Virus record (IMG/VR): IMGVR_UViG_3300045988_139298
Length of the DNA: 19,416 bases
Direction: 5' to 3' (one strand)
Source of the DNA: a virus
Below the pieces are notes generated by a model. That model was not told where the DNA came from. It did not search any database and saw nothing but the letters and a program-made list of their open reading frames with translations. Below, in pieces: positions 1-7,332 of the stretch (within the stretch, counting starts at the first letter, position 1; each line of letters begins with the position of its first letter). Made by a program: the position numbers and the translations under genes.

Positions 1-407
1 AAAAAAGAGTGTCAGCATGACCCTGTACCCCATTGACGTACACATGTTCACAGAACATGAACACACATAGGATAGCATTAGTTAACACTAACTAACACCA
101 TACAACACCGCCTCGCTTCGCTCGGTGTGGTCTCACTCTGTTCGGCACTGCCTCGACATGCTCCGCATGTCTCGGCTTGCCTCGCTCCGCTCGGCGTGGT
201 CTCGCTCCACTCGTCCTAGCTCCGCTCACGCACCACATAGCATACCATCACACGACACACCACCACACACCACCATATAACAATGTTCCACGTGAAACAT
301 TGACCCACACGGCTCGGTTGTGAATTATGTGAAATTATAAAAACACTTGTGTTCTAGAATAGGTGTGTTATACTATAGGTGAAAAGAAGGAGGGCTTAAG
401 AAAATGA
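1..407. repeat. Left inverted terminal repeat, 407 bp, perfect reverse complement of 19010-19416
   Basis: I reverse-complemented 1-407 in 60-nt blocks and every block matched 19010-19416. Identity ends after ATGA (base 408 differs). The terminus is 5'-AAAAAAGAG, as expected for protein-primed phi29-type genomes. Confidence 0.97.
347..374 (+). promoter_or_regulatory. Inward-facing sigma-A-type promoter inside the left ITR
   Basis: The -35 is TTGTGT (347-352) and the spacer is 16 nt. An extended -10, TGtTATACT, lies at 366-374. It is followed by SD AAGGAGGG (387-394) 9 nt before the ATG at 404. Confidence 0.6.
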
Positions 408-682
408 GTGATAAGAGATTTAAACAAATACGCAATTATTTTTATTTAATAAAAGATGAGTGTATAAAGTTGATTTCTACTTGTGATAATGCGGATGATG
501 TTAAACGTATCTTTCATGAATATTATAGTGAATTACATGGAGCTTATACAGTTGGTTTTATGTTAACCGACTATGAACATGAAAGGTCTAAACTATTAAG
601 TTTGTATAATGAGTGTTTGAGTTTAATGAATTTTAAATGTTTGTTATATATGAATGTATTAAGTGATGAGGGAGACTGTTAA
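404..682 (+). CDS. Small early protein, unknown function (92 aa)
   Basis: First ORF after the ITR promoter and SD. Its ATG lies inside the ITR. No motif recognised. Confidence 0.7.
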   Translation: MSDKRFKQIRNYFYLIKDECIKLISTCDNADDVKRIFHEYYSELHGAYTVGFMLTDYEHERSKLLSLYNECLSLMNFKCLLYMNVLSDEGDC

Positions 683-683
683 C

Positions 684-926
684 ATGACAAAGACAAAGTA
701 TGATGATTTAATTCGTAAACAACGTGATGATGTATTAGCTAAAATTTATGGATGGCATGAGTTAGCTAATGTTTTACAAGCTATTAGTGACTACACTAAT
801 ATTTGTATTCATATGTGTGAGGATATCTATAACGATAAAGATATTGATTATCTTGATTATGTTGAATTAAATGAAAGTATTTCAAACTGCCTTAAAGAAG
901 TTTGTAGGATTGTAAAGAAAGGTTAG
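684..926 (+). CDS. Small protein, unknown function (80 aa)
   Basis: The ORF track starts at GTG 663. ATG 684 lies 9 nt after SD GAGGGAG (668-674) and just after the upstream stop (680-682), so 684 is preferred. Confidence 0.6.
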   Translation: MTKTKYDDLIRKQRDDVLAKIYGWHELANVLQAISDYTNICIHMCEDIYNDKDIDYLDYVELNESISNCLKEVCRIVKKG

Positions 927-929
927 CTT

Positions 930-1139
930 ATGAGTAATTATACTAGTTTGAATCGTTTATGTTCTGAATTAAATAGAACGCTCGGCGTCACAAGTGACAT
1001 CGAGCGTGAAAATCTTATTCATTCTTATTATAATCAAGGGCTGATTAGTTATAGGCAGTATTATTTATTACTAATCAGTGTTAGAAGTCATGAGTATATT
1101 GATAATACATTCGTTTCTATGTACAGTGAGAATTGGTAG
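930..1139 (+). CDS. Small protein, unknown function (69 aa)
   Basis: ORF tightly packed after the previous stop, with an AAAGG-type RBS. No motif recognised. Confidence 0.5.
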   Translation: MSNYTSLNRLCSELNRTLGVTSDIERENLIHSYYNQGLISYRQYYLLLISVRSHEYIDNTFVSMYSENW

Positions 1140-1148
1140 GTGATATTT

Positions 1149-1421
1149 ATGATTCCACAAAGATTTTATTTATATGAAAGATGGATTACTGAACTATATG
1201 ACAATGCTGTTGATAAAATAAATGAAACAAATAAATTAGATGATCTAGAAAAGATTTATAATGCATTTTGTTTTACAAGCGATAGTTATCTAAATGTTCT
1301 TAAGTATGCGCTTAGGTGTAAAAAGCGTGTTGAATTAATTAATTTAATTCATTCAAATCATAATAAGATTAGAACTTTATTTTTAAAGAAAGTTAAGGTG
1401 ATAATTAATGTTATTGGTTGA
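1149..1421 (+). CDS. Small protein, unknown function (90 aa)
   Basis: The ORF track starts at GTG 1140, which is part of SD TAGGTGA (1137-1143). ATG 1149 lies 5 nt downstream of that SD and is preferred. Confidence 0.6.
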   Translation: MIPQRFYLYERWITELYDNAVDKINETNKLDDLEKIYNAFCFTSDSYLNVLKYALRCKKRVELINLIHSNHNKIRTLFLKKVKVIINVIG

Positions 1422-1587
1422 TAAGCCTATAAGTTTTGAATTTTATTTTACGTTTGATAATTTAATTGTGGTACATTCTACAGACTATCAAATTGTTCAA
1501 GATGTATATAACAAGTATTATGAAAAGTATGATGATAAACATACATATTATTTGTACACAGTAGCTAAATATGATTTGAAAAAATAA
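1408..1587 (+). CDS. Small Tyr/Asp/Lys-rich protein (59 aa), below the ORF-track size cut-off
   Basis: I translated it by hand: MLLVDKPISFEFYFTFDNLIVVHSTDYQIVQDVYNKYYEKYDDKHTYYLYTVAKYDLKK*. SD AAGGTG (1395-1400) lies 7 nt before the ATG. It overlaps the upstream gene by 14 nt and ends at the terminator. Confidence 0.5.
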   Translation: MLLVDKPISFEFYFTFDNLIVVHSTDYQIVQDVYNKYYEKYDDKHTYYLYTVAKYDLKK

Positions 1588-1610
1588 AGAGTGATAATTA
1601 ATATCACTCT
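1588..1610. terminator. Bidirectional intrinsic terminator between convergent transcription units
   Basis: A 9-bp stem (agagtgata / tatcactct) with an A/T loop. It is flanked by an A-run upstream and a T-run downstream, so it gives a U-tract in both directions. It lies between the + strand ORF stop (1587) and the - strand ATPase stop (1612). Confidence 0.75.
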
Positions 1611-1611
1611 T

Positions 1612-2628
1612 TTAATATTTACTGAGTATGTAACTTAATAATCGTTTTGTTTCTTGGTTATTGTAGTACACGCAACCGTCTCGGTATGATCGTATTAACA
1701 TGTTTAGTCGTTGGTCTTTACGCCATAGTTTCGCGATCATCATGTTTTCACGGTTATTACTTCCAATGGAATAACAATATCCGTATTCCTTATTTATCTG
1801 TTGGTTGATATACACATAACCCGTGTTCATATCAATCCATACACCATAATAGATATCATCATAGTATAGTGTACATAAATAATCGCATACGTTTGTTTTC
1901 TTTTTGATAAAGTCGTTTGTATCATAAGCAAACTTACCAGCGTTATATTCTCCGTACGTAGTTCCGGAAATTAATTTATGGAATTTCGATTTTTCTTTAT
2001 TTCCTTTTTTGTACTCATTTTGACATATTTGGACGACAATTTGTTCAACGGATTCACTACCTTTAAATGTATTAAATTCTTTGCTTGGGTCGGGTGTAAT
2101 ACCAAAATAACTAAAATAAGGGTTAACGATACTTGCGTTATTTGCTAATAAATATACATGCCCTTCTCTTTGTCTAAATATAGAGTCAATAATATTTAAT
2201 AATATTTCAACTTCATTCGGGATATACGCGTTAAAGCCTGCCTTTTCGGGTATAAATTCGTCAACAATAATTGTATCGATATCAACATAACTTGTTGATT
2301 TTAAACTTGCAAACGCTGTTAAAGATGTGGCGTATCCCATTTCACAACCGTTTATATAAAAGGTGGTAAAATTGCTACCACCTGTAATTTTAAACTCATC
2401 ATCTTTAAAATTTTCAAACTGATCATTTAAAAATGTTTTGATTTTCTTTAGGTCCGTTTTGTAACGTCTTAAGTAAAGAAATTGTTTTCCTTTTTTCTTA
2501 TATCGGCTGATACAGTCTTTTTTGAACCCATAGGTTTTACCAATTCCACGACCGCCAATGATGAAATTTAAAAATTTATTGTATGACTTTATGTTGGTAG
2601 GTGTGTACCAATCAATTGACTTTGTCAT
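1612..2628 (-). CDS. DNA encapsidation (packaging) ATPase, phi29 gp16-like
   Basis: Walker A is GGRGIGKT. The segments FLYLRRYK, IIVDEF (Walker B-like), YIPNEV and NNASIVNPYF line up with my recollection of phi29 gp16 (GARGIGKS, FIYVRRYK, IVFDEF, YIPNEV, SNAVSVVNPYF). It is the last gene of the late operon, as in phi29. Confidence 0.92.
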   Translation of the reverse strand: MTKSIDWYTPTNIKSYNKFLNFIIGGRGIGKTYGFKKDCISRYKKKGKQFLYLRRYKTDLKKIKTFLNDQFENFKDDEFKITGGSNFTTFYINGCEMGYATSLTAFASLKSTSYVDIDTIIVDEFIPEKAGFNAYIPNEVEILLNIIDSIFRQREGHVYLLANNASIVNPYFSYFGITPDPSKEFNTFKGSESVEQIVVQICQNEYKKGNKEKSKFHKLISGTTYGEYNAGKFAYDTNDFIKKKTNVCDYLCTLYYDDIYYGVWIDMNTGYVYINQQINKEYGYCYSIGSNNRENMMIAKLWRKDQRLNMLIRSYRDGCVYYNNQETKRLLSYILSKY

Positions 2629-3350
2629 TTGAACACTCCATACGGTAAGTAATTAATACCTTTTGAATTTAATTCACCGCCAGCCATCCACCTACGTTTA
2701 CCGCTAATACTAATCCAACTAATCCACACATAACCATCACGCTTAACATAACCATCATATCGTACACTCATACCGTTCGTATAATATAGACCTGTGTCAT
2801 TTCCTTTTTGGCTTGGTGCTTCTCTGATTTTAATTGTACAATTTGGGTAGAAAGTACCATATTCCTTAATAAAATCTTTTGGAATTTCGTTTAAAACTTT
2901 TTCACTTTTTTCATCACTTAAAATCATAGCTTTAGGCATAAATGCGGTATCGAATGTAGCTGAATATGGAAGTGTAACGATATTAACTAAACCGTTCTTA
3001 TCACCTTGATTCGCACCTAAAAAGCGACCATATACACCGTTTACATCACTGTCGAAAATAGCGACATGACTCCAAGGTGTAATATTTGGGACTTCTTTAA
3101 ATACAACAATTGCACCGGGCTGTAGTTCTGTAATTTCAATGCAATTATATGTCATTCCATTTGTTTGACGGTTTAGCCAAATATCTTTAACATATCCGCT
3201 AGATGTGCAATTAGCACCCTTAAAGCCATTTTTTTCACACCAATCAAAATACAAATCCCAACATTGAGAACCGTAAGCATGGTCACGATCTACATATGTA
3301 CCTACTACTTTTCGCCTATAATCATAATATTTATTTACATCAATATTCAT
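2625..3350 (-). CDS. Endolysin, N-terminal CHAP domain plus C-terminal SH3b-type cell-wall-binding domain
   Basis: The CHAP catalytic Cys context is GSQCWDL and the His context is WSHVAIFD. The C-terminal segment TIKIREAPS...YDGYVKRDGYVWISWIS..GKRRWMA is SH3_5-like. It shows a 4-nt overlap with the ATPase gene. Confidence 0.85.
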   Translation of the reverse strand: MNIDVNKYYDYRRKVVGTYVDRDHAYGSQCWDLYFDWCEKNGFKGANCTSSGYVKDIWLNRQTNGMTYNCIEITELQPGAIVVFKEVPNITPWSHVAIFDSDVNGVYGRFLGANQGDKNGLVNIVTLPYSATFDTAFMPKAMILSDEKSEKVLNEIPKDFIKEYGTFYPNCTIKIREAPSQKGNDTGLYYTNGMSVRYDGYVKRDGYVWISWISISGKRRWMAGGELNSKGINYLPYGVFK

Positions 3351-3362
3351 ATTAATTACCTC

Positions 3363-4091
3363 CTAAAAAATATTGAAAAATAATCCATATTCCTGTAGTT
3401 CCGCGTATAACTCATTTTCAATGGTAATAACTGCACGTCGTGACCCTTGTAATACCTCCGCTAACGTTTGGATACCGATATTACCTTTACGCTTAAAGCT
3501 GTATTCTTCATGTCCTGTCGTGTCATTTGCACTTTTTGGTTTTGTGATTGTTTTAGCAATGTTATTAACATAGTCGTTTGTTTCAATATCCACACGTCCT
3601 TCCGGAGTTACAGACTGTAAAGCAATGCTCGTATCTTCTCCACTTGCTTGTGTGTTTCCTCGACTGTCACGCGTGTATGTTTCTGTGTAGTTTGTGTTTG
3701 CTGTTGGGTCGTCTTGGTCTTGAAAAGGGATTGTTTTAAATAACGTATAATATCTATCCATATTGATTTCAAACCAGTGTTGAAGTTCAAATTTCCAATA
3801 CGCATATGTCTCTTGACCGATCTCGTCAAACCAAAAGTGCTTTAAAATACCGGTTTCAAAAGCTTTTCGTTTTTCAAGATCATCATAGAAAGGATAGTTA
3901 AAATCGAAAATCTTTTTTCTTGCGATCTCTAACACTTCCATATCGCTTAATTCATATTGAGCGTCAATTAACTCCGTAAATGCTAGGTTGTGACATACAC
4001 CGCATATAGTTTCGGTGTTTTCCGCAAGCACCGGACTTTGTAAAGTTAACAAATAATTAGGTACTTTTAATTTTTTAAACATACTAATCAC
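3363..4091 (-). CDS. Lower collar protein (phi29 gp11 position)
   Basis: It lies immediately downstream of the portal gene and overlaps it by 8 nt, matching the phi29 order tail knob, connector, lower collar. I recognised no motif, so this call rests on synteny and size. Confidence 0.6.
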   Translation of the reverse strand: MISMFKKLKVPNYLLTLQSPVLAENTETICGVCHNLAFTELIDAQYELSDMEVLEIARKKIFDFNYPFYDDLEKRKAFETGILKHFWFDEIGQETYAYWKFELQHWFEINMDRYYTLFKTIPFQDQDDPTANTNYTETYTRDSRGNTQASGEDTSIALQSVTPEGRVDIETNDYVNNIAKTITKPKSANDTTGHEEYSFKRKGNIGIQTLAEVLQGSRRAVITIENELYAELQEYGLFFNIF

Positions 4092-5025
4092 CTTCTTTTT
4101 TAATTGTTAGGTCGTCTTTAAAATCCGTAAGGCTTGTATCACTGTCTAATTCAATCAATTTTAAGATGTCCTCAAAGTCTTCATATGGTGCAAACTCAAC
4201 ACTAGCGTTTAAATTAAATTTCTTATTTAATTCATCAATGGCTTTTTTACGCTCACTAAGCCAAATATTACGAGAAGCAATAACCTGTTGATTGTTAGCG
4301 TTGACCTCATCCGATACTAGCCTTTCTTTTTTGTCCATGTTGGCATTTTCAATGCCTAATAGAGTCATGCATTCACGCAAAATCGCTTGCTTCATGCCGT
4401 GCAATTCGTCCGCAATAAAAGGTGCGTTTGTTTGTAACACGTTAACGTCTTCCGTTCTGAATCCTTTTGAAGTAAAGATCGTTTGAACGCCTTGTAAAAT
4501 CTTTTTCATGAACACTTTGAATTGCTGTAACATACGCTTATCACCTGTAATGATGTACGGTGTCCATTGCATGGTCAAATTTTGGTCCATCGTTCGACTT
4601 GTTAAAGCTAGTTTCTTAGCGAAAAAATTTAAGTATGGGAAGATACCCACATATAAAGGACTGTTCTTCATAATTACACATTCATTACTTGATAAATTCT
4701 TTTTAACAAGTGGACTTGTTGATACTGTATGATATTCGGTTGGCATTTGATAGTGGTTGAGTTTACCGCCTAGTGTGATTTCACTACAAATTAAACCTAA
4801 TCTTTCATCATCATAAAAACCAATGTAACCACGTGTTTGTAAAACATATTCTAAATAGAATGTATTAATGGACTCCGGCAAACCTTTATATTTAAACATG
4901 TTTAAACTTAGCATTTGTAAATACGTATAATAAATAAAATCCGCCTCTCCATTATTCATAGTAGCGACATCAACCGCGTTTCTACAATAATCTGTGAACG
5001 AGCTCGTATCATTTAATAAATCCAT
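4084..5025 (-). CDS. Portal / upper collar connector protein, phi29 gp10-like
   Basis: 313 aa versus about 309 aa for phi29 gp10. The segment LLGIENANMDKKERLVSDEVNAN closely matches my recollection of phi29 [23 protein letters not shown]. The N-terminal YLQ...LP..IN..FLE motif also corresponds. Confidence 0.9.
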   Translation of the reverse strand: MDLLNDTSSFTDYCRNAVDVATMNNGEADFIYYTYLQMLSLNMFKYKGLPESINTFYLEYVLQTRGYIGFYDDERLGLICSEITLGGKLNHYQMPTEYHTVSTSPLVKKNLSSNECVIMKNSPLYVGIFPYLNFFAKKLALTSRTMDQNLTMQWTPYIITGDKRMLQQFKVFMKKILQGVQTIFTSKGFRTEDVNVLQTNAPFIADELHGMKQAILRECMTLLGIENANMDKKERLVSDEVNANNQQVIASRNIWLSERKKAIDELNKKFNLNASVEFAPYEDFEDILKLIELDSDTSLTDFKDDLTIKKEGD

Positions 5026-5060
5026 TTTTAATCATCTCCTTTTAATTATATGTTAAATAA

Positions 5061-5084
5061 AAAAGGTTGAACCGTCAACCTTTT
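5061..5084 (-). terminator. Intrinsic terminator after the tail-knob gene
   Basis: A 10-bp stem (aaaaggttga / tcaacctttt) with loop accg. On the - strand it is followed by TTTTTTATTT. A perfect TATAAT and SD AAGGAG follow, ahead of the portal ATG. Confidence 0.65.
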
Positions 5085-5087
5085 CTA

Positions 5088-7283
5088 TTAATGTACTTTT
5101 CTTTCTTTATAGTTTCCGTATCTGTCGCATTGCGTATACGAGTATCTTTCACCGTTATTTTGAGAATAATCACCAACATTTTTTGTATGCCATAGTGTTA
5201 TTCCATTATTAAATACACGCTTGATTTTTTCTAAGTCGTTCGGGTCGATGTTTGTACCTTTGATATTACATTTTACAGTTTGGATGTAGTTCCATGATAC
5301 TTTAGATCGTAAATTAGGATAGTCAATTGTATTTGTGGCATATCCTCGCATGTTCCATATTTTTTCTAATTTCTGTTTGTATTCGTCTGTAGGTCGATAA
5401 ACATATAATACGAATGTGTTTAAATCTAGTGCTATTTGTCGCATTAAATCATTCGAGCCGGTTACAATACTGTCAGCTGTTGCCTGTGCGTCATGGATAC
5501 GTGCGTTGTAACTATCCATAGCGTTTTGTATATTTGTTTGATTTTGGTACTGTGTTGTTAACTGTCTCAATTGATTTCCAATTGCTGTAGATTGACTGTT
5601 AGCACTCGCCTGTGCGTTTGCGTTTGCAAGTGCGTTTGCGTTTTGCATGTTGGTTTGTTTTGTGTTGATTTGGTTTTGCATAGCTGTTTGCCCAATACCT
5701 AAACCAGCTCCAACCAAACTACCAACAGCACCACCAATATTACCGGTTAACGCGCTGGCAATACCACCACTTAAACCGCCTATAGCACTTATACTAGCGT
5801 TTATCATGTTCGATTTATTGTGTAAATCGTTTAAATTACTCGCTAAATTTGCATTACGTGCAGTAACACTTAAATTTAAGTTATTTTGTAAGCTTGTTTG
5901 TGCGCTTAACGCATTACCGGTTGCGCTGGCTATAGCTGAATTTGTTTCGTTTGATCGTCTAATATTGGATAATCCTACGTTCATAGAGTTACGTGATGAT
6001 TGTAGCATTAAAGCGGTCGTATCACTAATAATAGGTAAGCTTGTTTCATACTGAGATTCAAACGAATTATCTAAATTTATTAAGCTTGAATAAGAATCAT
6101 TTGATTTTGTCACTTTGTAATTTAATGGCATTATATTCATTTTTGAGCTGTTGGGTGACCCCACACAGATAAATTGGGCATTTTTCATATCCTCCCATAA
6201 CTCATTTTTAAAAGCTTTTGTTGTTCCATTATTATCGCTAATAACTAAATAACTATAAGGATACGTATATATTTTAGTAAATTCACTAAATCCAATAAAA
6301 GCCGGTATATTATATACCTGTGTTTTTGAGAATGCGTTTAAATCATTTTCTAGCATGTCATTCATGGTCTTAGCTTTATAAGTTAAAATTTGATAATCTC
6401 CTTGTTGCTCACCACTAAAGCAATCACGTTTAATAACAACTTGCCCACTTTCAACAACTAAGCCCGGTATTGAATTGGTCACAATAATAGATACACATTT
6501 ACCGACTAATTTTTCATTTTTTCGTATTGCGTCTAAAACGGCTGATAATCCTGAGATTGTTACAGTTGCACCGCTTGCACTGCCAATTTTTAAAGATTTT
6601 ATATCATTTCCCGTGTACCTATTAAAAGGGAATATATAATAATTAACTTGACTTGGTGCACCTAACTGTGCGTTTGTGTAGCTGTCTTTTCCGGACATAT
6701 CACATGTCATACCTATTACAGCAAAACTAGTATTTATGTTAGGGTCTATTAAATATTGTTTATCTGAAATTAAATCTGTGCCAACTTCTATATTTTCGGG
6801 CTGTGTATTAATACAAGGTCGTTGTACACCATCACCGGTATCATAATATTGTGGTCTATGTTCATATGCGATATATGACTCCATAAAGTTATTTTCAATT
6901 TCAAACCGCCAAGTTTGTATCACATCCGTTTCAAAACTAATACTAGTCGCATTATCATTTAAGTAACCTAAACTTGTAATAAAACAATAAATCCATTTTG
7001 CTTTATTACCTGTATTTCCATTTTGATAAATCAAATAATTGTATAAACGTAGATCATCATAAACACCCGGTACGACTACTGTACCATCTTTTCTTTGATA
7101 CGTGTAATTTTCAAAAACAATATGATCGTAATTATTAATGAAAAAATTAAATTGTTTTTCGGGTGTATCGAATGCACCCCAAAACGTGTTATTCATTGCG
7201 TCAATTTCTAACCCCTTTAACAAATAAATTTTACTTTGTGGTGTAAATTGACTGTTAACAACTCCTATACTCATTTTAATCAA
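5088..7283 (-). CDS. Tail knob / major distal tail protein, phi29 gp9-like, with an enlarged central insertion
   Basis: The N-terminal segment YNYLIYQNGNTGNKAKWIYCFITSLGYLNDNATSISFETDVIQTWRFEIENNFMESYIAYEH parallels my recollection of phi29 gp9 ([54 protein letters not shown]). It lies upstream of the portal gene, as in phi29. Confidence 0.88.
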   Translation of the reverse strand: MIKMSIGVVNSQFTPQSKIYLLKGLEIDAMNNTFWGAFDTPEKQFNFFINNYDHIVFENYTYQRKDGTVVVPGVYDDLRLYNYLIYQNGNTGNKAKWIYCFITSLGYLNDNATSISFETDVIQTWRFEIENNFMESYIAYEHRPQYYDTGDGVQRPCINTQPENIEVGTDLISDKQYLIDPNINTSFAVIGMTCDMSGKDSYTNAQLGAPSQVNYYIFPFNRYTGNDIKSLKIGSASGATVTISGLSAVLDAIRKNEKLVGKCVSIIVTNSIPGLVVESGQVVIKRDCFSGEQQGDYQILTYKAKTMNDMLENDLNAFSKTQVYNIPAFIGFSEFTKIYTYPYSYLVISDNNGTTKAFKNELWEDMKNAQFICVGSPNSSKMNIMPLNYKVTKSNDSYSSLINLDNSFESQYETSLPIISDTTALMLQSSRNSMNVGLSNIRRSNETNSAIASATGNALSAQTSLQNNLNLSVTARNANLASNLNDLHNKSNMINASISAIGGLSGGIASALTGNIGGAVGSLVGAGLGIGQTAMQNQINTKQTNMQNANALANANAQASANSQSTAIGNQLRQLTTQYQNQTNIQNAMDSYNARIHDAQATADSIVTGSNDLMRQIALDLNTFVLYVYRPTDEYKQKLEKIWNMRGYATNTIDYPNLRSKVSWNYIQTVKCNIKGTNIDPNDLEKIKRVFNNGITLWHTKNVGDYSQNNGERYSYTQCDRYGNYKERKVH

Positions 7284-7306
7284 CTCCTTTTATTTTATAT
7301 TAGTAA

Positions 7307-7332
7307 AAAATAGTTGAATGTTCAACTATTTT
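7307..7332 (-). terminator. Intrinsic terminator after the tail hydrolase gene (copy 1 of an identical 28-bp cassette)
   Basis: The hairpin is aaaatagttgaa-tg-ttcaactatttt, followed by a T-run on the - strand. The gene's stop codon (7331-7333) is inside the stem. A TTGAAC in the hairpin lies 17 nt upstream of TAATAT. Confidence 0.65.

Noticed and set aside
663-683. Upstream alternative starts from the ORF track: GTG 663, GTG 1140, ATG 10128 and GTG 17267.
   Set aside because: Three of them (GTG 663, 1140 and 17267) lie upstream of or inside the SD that serves a downstream ATG at proper spacing. ATG 10128 has no SD of its own, whereas ATG 10110 lies 5 nt after AGAGGTGA. The downstream ATG was preferred in all four cases, and the upstream extension would overlap the preceding gene or a terminator.
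3373-3573. A 66-aa + strand ORF, one of a class of similar ORFs lying antisense to confidently assigned - strand genes: 4292..4486, 4508..4732, 5647..6054, 9202..9441, 10151..10366, 12992..13291 and 13942..14178.
   Set aside because: Each lies entirely inside a longer - strand gene with clear family motifs. None has a convincing SD. Their low-complexity translations, such as the Pro-rich mirror of the Gly-rich tail-knob segment, are typical antisense artefacts.
3608-3829. A 73-aa - strand ORF nested in another frame of the lower-collar gene. A similar case is 15008..15229 inside the DNA polymerase gene.
   Set aside because: Both are out-of-frame overlaps within well-supported genes, with no RBS and skewed composition. 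They are most likely chance ORFs.
5560-5660. Short DNA tandem repeats of gcgtttgc-type units.
   Set aside because: They are the coding-strand complement of the NANALANANAQASAN low-complexity tract of the tail-knob protein. They are not an independent DNA element.
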